This document shows positions 23,510 through 37,736 of a DNA stretch of 40,520 nt, piece by piece. Within the stretch, counting starts at the first letter, position 1. Each line of letters starts with the position of its first letter. Made by a program: the position numbers and the translations under genes. Source of the DNA: Paraglomus brasilianum. Its lineage: Eukaryota. The stretch spans positions 1-40,520 of the forward strand of contig CAJVPI010000235.1 of assembly GCA_910592345.1 (NCBI GenBank), written 5' to 3'. The notes beneath the pieces are model-generated. The model searched no databases, was not told the origin of the DNA, and saw only the letters and a program-made list of their open reading frames with translations.

Positions 23510-24309
23510 TTATATTCTATAAGGTGTTATAATATCATTGATCTGTTGTGGAGTCAATTCTGTCTTGAACTGCTCGGCCTTAACATCAGTATCGACATCG
23601 ACTACGCTATCTAATTCTTTCCGTATTATCTTAACTGCACTTATCCATGTTTCGTATTCTTTAGATTCACCATATGTAACTACTCGAAATGGAATGTCGC
23701 CGGTTGTAATTCCTAACAACCGCATTGCACGGAACTGTTCACGCAGTCGTGATTGAATTGTCTGCGTCAATCAGGAGTAGATTTATGTTGGGTAAAAAGT
23801 TAGTATGATTGATTGAAATAAGAAACGGAAATAAAATGGATCAAACACATTAAAGATGTCAAGTACGTTCGAGTACATATATATGGCGTACGCTACGCTT
23901 TACCAACTCAACGTACATCAAGCAAATCTCTCAATTTTGCAACCAATTCTTCAAAAGCTTTAAGCTGCTGCTTTTCAGTTGCCTTGCCGTCTGCTGCGGT
24001 TGAAGTAGAAGAAGATGCCGCATTTTCATTGGTTTCTCCTTGCCCCTTTAATGCTAAACCCATGATGGCTTGTCCAGCAGTGCGCAGTACTTCAACTATC
24101 ATCTACAAGTAATTCGAATTCAATAACCGTTCCGGATCGCGGTCTATTGAAATGCAGCCACAACAAGACAATAATTGAAACATTACTTTCTCAGTCTCTT
24201 CTATTTCTCGTATCCTTCTCGCACTTTCAGATTCAAGACTCTCATTGCGTGGTACCGTCTCGTTATCAGTATCCATTGGAGAACCTGTCTTAACAACTAG
24301 GGGCATCAT
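23510..24309 (-). CDS. MED11: Mediator complex subunit 11 (3 exons)
   Basis: RRIREIEETEK|MIVEVLRTAGQAIMGL...QLKAFEELVAKLRDLLD|TIQSRLREQFRAM matches the Med11 helical pattern. The start Met is ambiguous among nearby ATGs. Confidence 0.7.
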
Positions 24310-25669
24310 CCGTTATCGCTTCATACTTAATTCATTAAATCACTTTGCAATGTCGAAAATCAGTGAAATTAGTCACTCACTCTCTCCTTCCATATTAATG
24401 TAAAAGGAAATGAAGGAAATTTAAATTTATGGACTTGTAAATGCAACCATGGGCCAACTTTTCAGTAACGTGATTTTTGTATGACCACAGATTGTTCTCC
24501 CACCAGTTATAAGTTAGATTTTAATCTATCACATTTCATATTTTCAAGAAAATATTCTTTGTCTATGTCCCAGATTTGTATTACTTCAGAACCATAAAGA
24601 TTCACATCGACTTCTGACCTAGAATGCTAAAGATACAAATTTATTAAAAATACTTACTTTTATAAAATTTCCAAGACATACCTCGAACTTATATTATTAT
24701 TCGCTGGCTGCAATCTCCTCATTACTATAATCAGGAGTCAGCTTTCTTTCCATATTTAATACTTTAAAGGCTTTCAGGCCTTAAATGTTAATAATGATGA
24801 TTATAACATCGTTTTTGGCCGGACAAGTCACATGGTAAAATCTTCCTAATTATTGTTTAATTAGTTTTATTAGAGACAAGTGACGTTTACCGACTAGTCG
24901 AAATACCAAATCGGTTAGCCCTGTTTAATTTGTAAAAGAATTTCCCTTCGATTCTGCGATAGAATAATAATTGTTGTTATTCTGATCGTAGGCACCCTAG
25001 CGCGCATATTAATTATTAGAGAGAAATTTACAAAACAAAACAATTGCTAAAAGGGGCAGGTCTAATGAAAGTCGGCCACCGCTCGACCATAACTGGCTTC
25101 CGGCAGATCTCGACAATAAACTAATAAAGGAACGCAAAACTCCTACAATAATTCTGAAGTAATGACTAACTGACTTTCGATAGGTCTAAGCATGACTTAT
25201 CAACATATTAACGAAAATTTTATAAAAACTTACAAATTCTGCGACCAATAATATTAATATATCGTCCACATACATAATAATAATAATACTATATTGAGCA
25301 TCTGCTTCGCGATTGATTACACTGTGCATTCGCTTAATCAAACACAACTTGTTTTTAATTATATCCTCTGTACTTTAAACGACTGATCTGCTTGAGCAAA
25401 AAAGCAACGTGTTAAGTCGTATATTAGAAATTATTTGCAGCGCGGTTAATGACATGCGTCTTTTCTATTCACCTTTTACAAGGCGCGTTTTTATTTTTCG
25501 GTTCAAGTTTTAATATATTACATTACATTGTTGCTCTGATTAAATTGACAATTAGAACTTGCTGCATTTTCAGAGCCGTGAGAAAGCTATTAATATGTAC
25601 TTCTACTCTTATTAGTTTATTGACGATATAATGTAGACTTAATACTTTTTAAATTGCTGAGTCTATGTT

Positions 25670-28600
25670 CTATATTATTTTGTATTTTCCAGCAAGAGTC
25701 AAATAAGTTGGAATTATTTCCTTTCCGACTAATAGCCGAGTCATCGAATATAGCAGGATAATAAATAGAACAAATAGTGAACTAATGCAGAAATGACTTA
25801 TCGAAGTGCCAATCTCTAACCAACTCCCATCATCTCTAACTAAATAAAAGAAATTTAACGTCATCACATCCGAAGTCGATATCACCAGCAAACATAAACT
25901 AAATGAAGGTAAGCCCAATGCTTTGTTGATGATGTAGACCGCAGATGTGACAATAAAGAATGGAATCAATAGCTTAAGTAGCAACAATGCACCCATGAGA
26001 AATGGGTCAAACACTGTTGTCAATCTATATACACTCTGTAAAGAAAAGCTACTCAAACTAGCTACATTACCAGTGCCAAAGAATGCTACCAGCATGAAAA
26101 AGAGAAACATTAACGAAATGCGAAGATCTTCCAGTGTCAATGTTCTCTCTTTTCGTAATTCCCATGTTGGTTGTCGCTCCAGATGCAGATGTCGTTCCAA
26201 GGCAAGCCATATCCAAAGAGTTATTGAGAATATACAATAGAAGAGTACTTCGTATGAGATGCTCAATATTACAAACAACGGAGCGAACGACAAGTATATC
26301 GATATGAGACGATATGCGTAATGTTTAGGGTTAGTTCGTTCGTGAACAAATGGTGTAAGTATCGATATCACTAAAGAAATGATGTTTATAGTAGAGTGTC
26401 AGATGGGATACACACTTGGTTTGAATCCATGACAAAATTTCTTCTTGATAGTTTTAAAACTCACCTAGGATAGCCCAGCCGAGATACTTGTTCAAAGTAG
26501 GCAATCCGGTCTTTGCACGTAAACTGCTGGCGGTACCATACACAGTTATCATACTCAGTATAACCAGTATTAGCTATTATGCGGACAGTAGTCATCGAAT
26601 ATGTTAAAGTTTGAGCAAGGAACAATATTTCCAATTAATTTAAAAAAAGCATCTGAAGGAACATTACTAACCTGAAAGAGAAAAGTCATGCCAATAACAT
26701 TTGCGTCTCCTTGCGTTGCCAGACTATGCTTCTGATAATATGCATAGAGGCCAGTTATCATGATAAACAATCCACCAATGAGTCTATGAAAATGTAGTAA
26801 GACGAATATCAGTAAAGGCTAATATTATCGTTGAGATCAAGTGTGTTCATACACAATACTCACACCAATGTTATGTCTTCTCCTTTCTCAACAGGTAGCA
26901 GCGTGAATACACTACAACACAGGCAGCATAAAACCCATTGGAAAATCCTCTCAGGAACTTCGGTCCACAATGATTTCGGCATTGCCAATGGCCATATGGC
27001 AGCGAGTAAGAAACAAATGTTCAAGACGCTCCGATAGAAGTAAGCAAGAACCTATCGTACAACAATTGAAGAGGTGAATTTTATTATTTTATTTTATTTT
27101 TTTAAAAAAAGAATAAACAGATACCTCCTTACCAGCATTTGCAAAATCGCTAAATATCCGATAATACATCCAACAATAATCACAGGACTACGTTTTTCAA
27201 TCGCCAGCTTCCAAACATCAAAAAAAGTTCTACGATCCTTTAAGACTTTGTTCCAAAAGAATATTGGAAATACAACATATGCATAATACGTCGCGGGCAT
27301 TTCTTGTATATATATTATAGAGAAGAGCAGGAAGAATGCAACACTCGAAACAATGTTTATCTAGTAGTCAGCAATTGGTTAGTCGATTTGCATATTGTAA
27401 TTTTATAATAAATCACATACAGGCAGACCAGCTGTCAATATACTTACAAGATTTTCATATTGATCCTTTTTAGCGTGTGAGATGCAGAGTACGTATTCTC
27501 TGAATACAAAACTTAAACTGTACATTATCCATCCGATATATCCAGCATTGACAATTGATCTTAGGAAAAGCCAATCGTACCTATAAAAACAAAAAGCTTA
27601 AATTAGATGGGTATATTAAAGCGTTAAGAACATGATGGTCGATATTCATATTCCACATTGATGTATGTCTTACGTTTGTAAATATCGCAGTCCTTGTAGA
27701 GAGAGTTCAATCAGATCTAAGCACAACGCTTCCGCTTCTCCATATTCACCAATATCGATTAGTTCTTCGATGCGAGATATTAGTATTTCTGGTTTGTGAG
27801 TAGCATTATTCAAAGGCGCATACGGCTTAAACATTAGTTCTGTCTGTTTCTTGCGTGCTAGTAAATATGATACAAATTAGATTTCTGAATGATAGCTTGT
27901 TAAGGTAAGCGCGTCAAAGTCAAACATACCATTTTTGACATTATATTGTTCCAATATTTCCAACGCATTCACATAAATGCTCTTTGCTTTGAAATAGGGC
28001 GTGTTGTTTAGATATGCTAACGGTAACTCGCCTACAGAGTTAACAGGATAATTAATACCGATCAACGATGCCTAATGAGTTAAACAAGGTTAACTGTCAA
28101 CACGAAATTTTCTATAATTACCAAAAAAGGAAGAAAAAGAAAGAAAAAGAAAACAAAAGGAAAATAATTTCTGCAAACATACCATCAAAGGCGCAATGCC
28201 CGCTTGAAGAACATCGTTACGCTGAACAGAATTGAGACCCCATGGAGCAGAATAGTCATCGTGACCAGTCGGATGAGAGTAGTTTGGTTTATTGACGCCA
28301 GCTCCCCAGGAAATCAGAGGAGTGCGTGTATTATCAGGATGTCCATCGCCATGGTTACCTATAGAAAAGAATAATAAAGTCAGCTTTGATCAATCAAGGG
28401 TCAAAATACCCAAGGTCTTTCAACCATACATCATTTTTTACCTCTATTACTCATTCCATGGTCAGCCGTAAAGACATAAGCAGTCTTTTCGTCGTGTTCG
28501 TAAAACTCATCCATAAGATTTACAACTTTGCTAACTATATCGTCCACTACTTTGATATTATCCAGATATTCTTGAGAAGATGGGAGATGCGCATGACCAT

Positions 28601-29509
28601 TTGTATCCAGACCCAACAAGTGTAGAAAGAAGACTATACGGTCCTTATGCAATTGGGAGAAGAGAATATCATCGTATTTCGCACGATCAAACAATTTCGT
28701 AAACTTCTCAAGAACCCAAAGGTCTAATTCCACGGCATCTAATAAAGGTTAACGAGTCAGAACTTGCTGCAATGACTAGCATAGATACAAAAACAGCCAT
28801 TTGAAGTTCTGCTTACCTTCAGCAAAGTCTTCGCTCTCGGATGCATACATGAACGTGTCGACACGATTCGGATCTGATGCTCCCTCAGCAAACATAGGCA
28901 ATATATCTGGAGATCCGAATGACCATGTATGTTCACTCTGATTGAATACAGAGTCGAATTCAACTGGATTCATTTTCCATCCTAAACGAACGTTGTTTTT
29001 ATATTAGTCGATAAAATCTTTTTGATTTTGATTCGTTATAGACTAACCTTTTGTCACTGCACTAACGTCCTCGTAAAATCCTGCAATAAGAGCTACATGT
29101 CCCGGTCTTGATTCTGTAGGTACACGTGTATGAGATATGCCCCATGTTCCATGATTAAGTACAAGATCCCTTAGATATGGTGCGTTTGATTTCATCGTAG
29201 CGTCCCTTTGCGGATATAATTGAAACAATTTGTCTGCTCTCAATCCATCAGCTTGCGTAAATCAGACAGAATGACAGTATAATTAGCGCAATCACAAGAT
29301 TTTGTTATTCGTGGGACTGTTAAGCAATACGTACCAACAACTAGTACAAGCCTCTTAGCGGGTGGTGGTGGCTCTTCCACTCTATGGGGGGCCATCCCAT
29401 GCACTAAGGGTGATGTGAAATATATGTCGAATATACTCCATATATATACTACATGAAATAACGTTCCTATGAGTAATAGTATGTTCAACTTTGCGGTTAT
29501 AGCCGTCAT
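25670..29509 (-). CDS. MCD4: GPI ethanolamine phosphate transferase 1 (MCD4/PIG-N), multi-exon
   Basis: [116 protein letters not shown]. Confidence 0.95.
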
Positions 29510-29588
29510 CAGCTTGGAAGATGTTTGATCTTTGAACGGAATGTATGAATCGAAACGAAGAAATTGAACTTGGCATATTTAACCTGTT

Positions 29589-29596
29589 TCACGTGA
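29589..29596. promoter_or_regulatory. E-box TCACGTGA (bHLH site) ~80 bp upstream of MCD4
   Basis: Palindromic TCACGTGA, with an ATTGG (CCAAT box) at ~29661. CACGTG also occurs upstream of MMADHC (7371, 7568). Confidence 0.3.
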
Positions 29597-30322
29597 TTAG
29601 GATTACCGAATATTAATATTAATATATGTACCCCGGTACTATTCAAGGGGGAGTGATGTGATTGGTCAATTTTACCATATTAAAGCTCATCAGAATTTCT
29701 TAGTTAACACAATGGCGCCTCGTAAAAAGAGATACTATAACTGAGAAAAAGCGCCCGAAGTTGGAATGCTTTAGAAAAACTTGCAATCATTTTATATCTG
29801 ATGAATAATAAATGTTCATACTACTACTAATATATATGTGTAACATGTGACGTACGATGACAAAAATTCTTGAATTGTAATTATACGGTAATGTTTAATA
29901 GTACTGTAGTAATAATACGTCTGTGGTTTCCAATTAGGCAACAAGTAATGATGATACAGGTAAACCGTTACAAGAAAGCTATTTCAATCAGACAAGCAAT
30001 TTCAATGATATACAGTCGACACCTTCCATACAGGAATGCGTGTCAATCGGACAGTTGTAGATCACGTGTCGTAGGACTCGCTGAGATAGATTGACATTGC
30101 TGCTGTTTATTATAAGTAAAATGCCGGCTGCTTCACCGTTAGTTCACGTCTGAATTGCTATAGATCAATTCTCCCAAATTTTTTATTATATTATAGAAAT
30201 TTAAGTTGTCAATACCAATAACCTTCACATATCGCCATCAATTATATGACATAGTGTTAAAATCTGATGAGAATAAACGCATCTCCTTTCCCTTCCAGGT
30301 AGTGTCTGAATTCTCGCTTCCA

Positions 30323-33300
30323 TTATCTTTGTTGAAATTGATTTATTCGCGTTTGTCGAGAGACATCCAAAGATTGTGTGTAACCCCATAATTCTGTTGT
30401 CAGCATTGTTTCGTTAAAGCTCAGGGTAACCAATCTATAGAACAGCATAGAATTCCATCAGCACAAAAAACGGATGGCAATATATACATGACGCGATTTC
30501 TTATCTTTGATATAATGTATTTTAAACGTCACCTTGCTAAGGTCATTCGGAAATTTAAATCATCTTGAGTCATCAATGCATTTCCCGACTTTGCCGCTTC
30601 TCGGCGTTGATTCACATAGTGATTTTGAATATGCTGTTAATGATACGATAGTAAAGTAAGTAGTTTGATTATATGTTCTTCATTTTAATTAAATTCGTAT
30701 CTTACACCGAATACGTCATTATAACTCACCAGTGAGACTTCCTCTGGTATATTGTAATCGGCATATCGCAATACGCTCAAGTACGACCTAAAACTATTAA
30801 TTAACTCTTCATTCAGTTGGTAAGACTGAGATTGATCTGTGGGAGACAAAGGAATGGTACAATCACACTGATAGTATAAGCAACAAAATGTCAGAATGTC
30901 AGTATGTCAGTGACGGAACATAATCGTAGCGTAAATATATACACCGAATACTCACCGGAAGTAATGACCTGGCATTCGACAGAACTATAACTCCAATGTC
31001 TGTTTCGTATTGAAAATTGTGAAACGGAAAGGCATAACCTAACTTTTGCTGAGTTAAAATTCCTTCAATAGCCTGAACATTGCGCACACCTAGAATCAAT
31101 CGTTCAAAAGCAATGTGTCACTGATGACTTTAATTATCATATCAGTGTCTTAAATATCCATTTGCATAACATCCCACATGATTACAGCTTCACAAAGACC
31201 CATTCATTTGCCTTACCACCTTCGTACTTACCACTTTCCCCAAGTTTTCCTTCCTGTAACACGGTCTCATCAATCAACAGCCGCGTCCCTTCAGCCACTT
31301 GCAATACACCACTCTCCAAAAAGCCATCATCAGCATCGAGATTTCGAGGATACATGAACACGTTATTCAGTATTTCCAAAGTCAAAGGAAGATCATGGTA
31401 AAGAGGAAGGAGGGAAGAAAGCAATGCGGAGACGGTTGAGGAGAAGTATGGTTTGTGGGTTAGAATGATTGGAGTAGATGAAGGAGAGTTTGAAGAGAGC
31501 TGAGTGTGCGATGACATCGGTGAGTTCGTCGCCGATGAGCTAATGTTAGTTATGTTTAAAGAAAATTTTCCAAGTATCAAACCACTTCTTCGAGAATGAC
31601 TGTTCAATAAGAATTCAGTTACATGTATTAGTGGATTATATTTCATAATAATTGATACAACTAAACTTTCGATCTAGTTGGTATCACCAAATTAAATGGG
31701 TTACTACTTACACTCTAGATAATAACTGGAGTAATAGAAATTCAGCAACCAACTCATCACCACAAAATACACTGGCAATATATCGAATTAATTCTCTTCG
31801 TATTTCGCGCGCGTTTTCCCTGACAATTCGTTCAACTAAGGAAAAAGGTTTTCGTCAAGTACTTCTTTCAGCAATTCATATGCGAAATCCATCCTTCTTG
31901 ATTGACACTTACTACTGGGATTACGCAACAATGGATTTCCACTTGGATGAATCTTACGGAAAAATATTGAATGGATGCATGGCACGGAAAGTAATGCTAG
32001 CGGGTCGACGAAGCCATCTCCGTCAGCATCGGCATTTGGAGGTGGTCTGTATGAAGATGGCGTGAGAGCAAATAATTGAGCAATATCAAAAATGAATGGA
32101 CAGAATTATGTAATACCTGTGTTCTTCAAGTACTCCGACGAATTCTACCACGTCAGTAACTTTTATTGACACATCTTTTTCGTAAATCTGCAGTCATATA
32201 TCGTGAGAGTCGACCGGATTACCGGCAAAATCAATTAATGCATCATGTGTTCGTCTCGACTGACCTTGACAACAACGCCAATATGCTTCTCATTGGGAAA
32301 TGGATATTTTGAATCGATGCGCTTTTTTCTTTTGTCAATGTCAGTATTGTTAATAGATAAAGAAGCTGTTTGCCATGTCAATCCTACAGTAATTAGACGT
32401 TTGTCATGAATTGAGTAAATTCAAACAATTAACTTCAATAAAGATACTGCCTAATATCACCTTCTATGGAATCTTGTGTGCCTGTGCCTTGGTGATATTC
32501 AGATCTGAAACCGTGCTATACACAATAACGTGCAGTTAAGAATAACGATCATCAAGAAGACACCTAATAGTAACCATCACTTCAATAGAAAAGGATATTT
32601 TTCTTGCCCATTCTGTCTCACCGGGTACGGAGGTAACGTAAAAGGAACATTTCTCGTCAAAATGGCTGTTCTGTTGTTCCAGGTTTGGGTCTAGTCTCTG
32701 TTCCTATACATAGTAGATGATAAATATACGTTAAACCAGAGCATTGACTAAAGGCAAAAGTGTAACAATTGATATCGGTTGACCACAAATATGAGAATGA
32801 CGTCGTCCTAATGGTATACATATTTCTTAACCTCCGCCCTGACAACCTGATTCTATCACTTGTGATAACTTACTTCATCGTTATAATCCTGGTACCGATG
32901 CAATTTCCAAGTCTGCAAAAGCAAATTACAAATACAAATCATTAACTAACACTTGACTATCGCGATCGCCTATTACTATTCTAACTTGTTTTTCACGCTT
33001 CAAGTATACGTGGCAATAACGGATAGATAGATCTCCACTAACACCTGATCACCATTCCGGTCGAGCGATTCATGTACAGGAGCATATAATTCAACGGCGA
33101 GAAAAGTATTTTGTATCATTCCTCTAAAGCGAACGAGAGTATTGGGCTGAATTTGGTCGACGGGAATATCATTTAGAGAAGGTATCTGTGGGATAAACAC
33201 GATGTAATTTGCCGCGAGAGTAAAGAAGGAGTTGAGAAAGGGAAAAGAGAGCAGCTGTTAAAATCTTATGCATTAACAATATTCCCTTGTTATAGATGGT

Positions 33301-33600
33301 AGTGTATCAATGTGTTCTCAATTATCTAATACTTGTCATTACGTAAACGTACATACTTTGTAAATATCATTTTCATTCTCAAAAACACTTTGGAAATACT
33401 CGGGAATCCCGAACTGGTTCTCACAATTTTCTCGATTCGGATTCCAGTTCTGCTCTATAACGCGTATTCCATAAAACAAGATGTCAGTATATGACTTTGT
33501 ATGTAAGCTTTATTTCTCAATAATGTTGTGTATTTCAGATACCAAAGATGAGCTGAGCTATATCCAGTGGACGTTCTATGCAGTCTCCTAGAGAGAACAT
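30323..33600 (-). CDS. MCMBP: Mini-chromosome maintenance complex-binding protein, multi-exon
   Basis: MFSLGDCIERPLD..., IPSLNDIPVDQIQPNTLVRFRGMIQN, VTSVPGETEW, GVVVK|IY...TDVVEFVGVL, LESGVLQVAEGTRLLIDETVLQEGKLGESGVRNVQAI, FRMTLAR|LVTLS; stop at 30325-30323. Confidence 0.92.
32513..32598 (-). other. U12-type (minor spliceosome) AT-AC intron in MCMBP
   Basis: 5' end ATATCCTTTT, branch-like TTCTTAAC (32542-32535), 3' end TAGCAC. Removal joins ...ETEWARK|GFRSEYHQ in frame; read-through hits a stop. Confidence 0.8.
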
Positions 33601-35875
33601 TTTTTTTTGGTATCGGGAACAGGGTAAGAAACGCGTAAATTTGAGTTGGACATTCAGTATGTCGATCCTCAGGTGATAAATGGCATTCTATTGGCGCAAG
33701 GTAGAATATTGCGTTACTTGGCGTATGAGAGAACTTCTACAATCATCATTGTATCATTCGACAATCCGGAACAAGATGTGAATATTAATGTGGTGAAATG
33801 AAACTAAGTACGCCTCAAAGGTGATATAATGGAACAAAAACAAACTACCATAGTTGTTTGAATATGAAGAAAATTTGTTAATCAAAATAAAAATTCTCAT
33901 TCTTCCTGATTATAATAATAAGACCATTTTGACAGGTTGCCAACATTTACCATTGATTTAAAAGATAAGATTGTCAAAAGTGCTCAAGAATATCAACAAG
34001 CACATGCCAAGCAACTACGCAATTAGATAAAAACCGTAAGACGGATGGGCAAGGTACGTGGCTTATGAATAGTAAGGTTATTAGATTTCTCGAGCAATAA
34101 ACTGGACGCCATAACCTAATAGGAAAGGGCAAACATAAAAGGCCACCTTTTATCAATTTTGGAGGCTTTGCGATATATAGCAGATTGTTGTCCTCATTGG
34201 ATTACCTTCCAGAGAATTGTTCTTTCACTAAGGTAAAAAAGATTCACTTTCCTTGTAACCTTTTCTCCCAAAAAGTGTTATCTCTTGTAGAAAGTGTTAC
34301 TTGGCATAAAAATCACCCAGTACACTATTAGCCAACGGTTAGCTAGACGACATTATAATAAATGTGGTAATAAAAACTCGTAAATTCCGATCAACCTACA
34401 GATATAAATAGGTACCATTACTGATTATTAATATTATATGCCGTGTGTTACAACCATTTTCATTCTACCGTCTTGTATCACTTATTATTATGTAATGTTT
34501 ACTTTAGATGAAGTTATCTTTGGTAATAAAGTCGTACAAATATCGAAGTTATCTTTATACTTGGCTACTGTTCGTCTTAAGGAACTGCGCGAAACTGTTC
34601 TGGAAATAATAACATATCATTTCCACCTTCATCCATTGATACCAAACGATGCAAACCAATAGCTTTCGGGCGATGAAATTTGCAAACGAAATGTATCGAT
34701 TCTGTGTCGAAAATGACCTAAAAAATTTATGGGCCTATATGTGGACGAATTGGTACCAAAAAAATCGCTATGGGCTCGAGCAGCAAATTCCGGAAAAAAT
34801 ATGTTAAAACAACCATGTTAATTGAGGCACACTGGGAAGTTGGAAAGAGAGATTTCTTGCCAAGATTTTTCCATCCTCGACTCGATTTGGTAATATGTTA
34901 TTATAATGCGGCTTCTCCCACACTACCGACGACGACATTATCAAATAACATCTGGTCGAGAGACAGTTGCATGGCGAAAAGACTTCAAGATAGGCATAAG
35001 GTGAACACACACATAACTGATGTCAGTAGTTCGTCAAGAAGTTTGTCCATTTTTAAACATCCAAGTTTACAACCTGAAGATGATATAAATAACAATACTG
35101 AAGGGAATTTTTACTTGTTTTATTAAAGTAAATTACCCCGCATATATATTTCAAGTAGATTCCTCTCCGCATATTTTCGATATTTTGGATGAAAGTAATC
35201 TAGAGGTAGAAGGTGAACGACCCTTTGATGAACAGCATACTGCAAGAAATTATCAATGGGTTAGAATGTTAATGGCAAATAGTGGGTTTAATGGATCGTA
35301 GAAGACATAAATAGATAGTCGGCATAACACCAATGCTCGAACGTGGAGGGATCATAATCAAAACACTTTATATCATTAGTTTGCACAGTATTGTAACTAT
35401 TGCTATCATGCTGAATTGTGATTTCCAAAATAGTGTTAGGAAATGAGAGCGTTCCCAAATTTGGATTCTTGTAAAATTTGTCCCAATATGGATATACAAA
35501 CTGCATTTTCGTTGGTCAGCATTGATCGAAAATCACGTTACTGTACGATTAGTCTGGTGCCCTAGGGTAGTTCTCTGCTTTTTAAAAGTCCTTCGCGATA
35601 ATAGTTCTCTGCTTTGTCAGTATACAAGATTTTCCATGTCAAAAGATCTTTGCAATACCCCTTTGGCCGGCGAGGATTTGACATGTGATTTCATCCCTTC
35701 ATGGTAATTCATATTATCCGGACCAGTCGGAGAATTTCTGATGACAAAATCATGTCCAGATGTTTATGGTGATAGTAATGCTGGGTTTCGGCTATGGATA
35801 AACGGTTAGGAATAAGTAAATATTTTAATATAAATAAACATCGAGAATTGTATTGAAAGGCCTAAAATTTTCACA

Positions 35876-36734
35876 ATGTCTCACGCTCAACAATCCCTCG
35901 CTTCTCTTCCTTTGGCTTCTCTAAACTATATCCTTCCAAAGCCATTAGCATTTCTTGTCATAGCGGCGACATTATCGTTGTTAACAAATGTTGTGACTAG
36001 ACAACCGTCTTCGAAATCGTCTTCTCAATTAGAATCAGCACTCCAATCCCTTCAAATTGTTCAAACACTCCGCTCAAACTCATCTTATACAGAACTTAAA
36101 CGGGGATATTCTATGCTTAGTGACGAGGAAAGGAAAAGTCATCTTACCGCCGGATCGTTGTCAGGGAATGGTAAATTAGCGATTGAGCCTCTGGTATTTA
36201 AAAGGAAGGAAGGACTTCAAGATGAAGTGGGTGAAGAGATTATTGTTATCTATCATTTGGGAAAAAAGTTATGTGGCCATCAGGACATTGTACATGGTAA
36301 GCTGACATTGATTGCTGCTTAGCAGACGATTTGGAAAACTGAAACTGTTTATATTAATCTTTAGGTGGAATGCTAGCAACAGTAATGGATGAGTGTCTCG
36401 CTTTTACAGTAAGTTGGTTTTTAATTTAACCAGTGAAAATTCTTATGCTGTTCATTCTACGTTACCTCATCTGATTAATATTAAATATTTCCATTCCCTA
36501 ACCTGCTAGACAATTCCCAATCTTCCAGATAAGAATGGTGCGACTGCTTACTTACATATCAACTACCGTCAACCGTGTGTATCCGGTCAGTTTGTTGTGA
36601 TCAAATGTGCAGTCACTAAGCTTGAAAGACGAAAGGGATTCGTTGAAGGAAAGATGGAAACCATCAATGGCAACACTATCGTAGATGCGAATGCACTGTT
36701 CATTAGTATAAAAAAGTTGAATGGTGATAAATAG
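35876..36734 (+). CDS. HotDog-fold acyl-CoA thioesterase (THEM4/PaaI-like), 3 exons
   Basis: HLTAGSLSGNGKL...YHLGKKLCGHQDIVHG|GMLATVMDECLAFT|TIPNLP...TAYLHINYRQP...ANALFI; HGG...DE catalytic motif; TAG at 36732-36734. Confidence 0.88.
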
Positions 36735-37736
36735 AGGGAGTCGACAGATTTGGACGAATTGAATTGTAACAATATTTTATGTAACCCTTAATAATTTACG
36801 CATTAGTATTAGTATGCAATGTAATTTTTATAATAATGGAATCGATGTTTTTAACAGTTTCTTGTTTTGCAATTCCGTGGTTTATAGAAAACGTCGCTTG
36901 GCCGAGCAAAGCATGATGGCTTTAGTTCTCAATTTGTACATCTGAAACACGCTTGTTTCATGGCGTTTATCAATCTAAAATTACTACCGCGAGGTATTGC
37001 GCAATTGTGAAAATAAGGATAGCTCACATTACATAATTAGACAAACAAATCCATGGAATCAACCCGGTATTTGTTTATTAAAGATGACGATCCAACTGGT
37101 ATATACTATAGGATGTCTAGTAGTAAAGCTGGTTAAAAAGTCCCTCGCGATAGTAAAGCCGGTTATCGTGACGCTTTTACTCCTTCTTGCCAAGAAAATG
37201 GTCTAAACAGACGTTGCAGTAAACGATGCTTAGACTTGTAAAGCGACAATCTACGGCATTTAATTCTTTGTTATGCATATTATGATTAGCAGGGTATTCG
37301 CATGTGAATATCTGCATTCTTATCTCTAAATGAGACATTTTATAGCCATTATCGTTGCCTAACAAACAATGGGTTTACATCAGATATTAATATTAATGTC
37401 CACTAGTCTCATCCACAATCCAAAGCATGCATGCGGTTTGCAGAACAAGGTCTTGTTGCTAGATTGTCCATGGATTGTCAGTGTGACGTTGGTATTAACA
37501 CGTGGGTTTCAGATGAGTTATAATAACCATTTTAGCATTTACAACTGCACATCCAACTCTGACTTTAGCCTTTCGCCCCCCCAACAAATATTGTTTGTTG
37601 GGGCAAAGATGAATCCCTATAAGTACTAAATAAAAATATACATGCGTATTTACTATAGCATTATATAAACATCGCTTCTAAAGAGGGATTACTAGAATAC
37701 CTCGTCGTTCCATCCAAACAATACACAGGATCAACG

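Noticed and set aside
33780..35800. Pseudogene-like fragments (e.g. ORFs 34770-35126 and 35288-35506)
   Set aside because: Frames are broken and no domain is recognisable.
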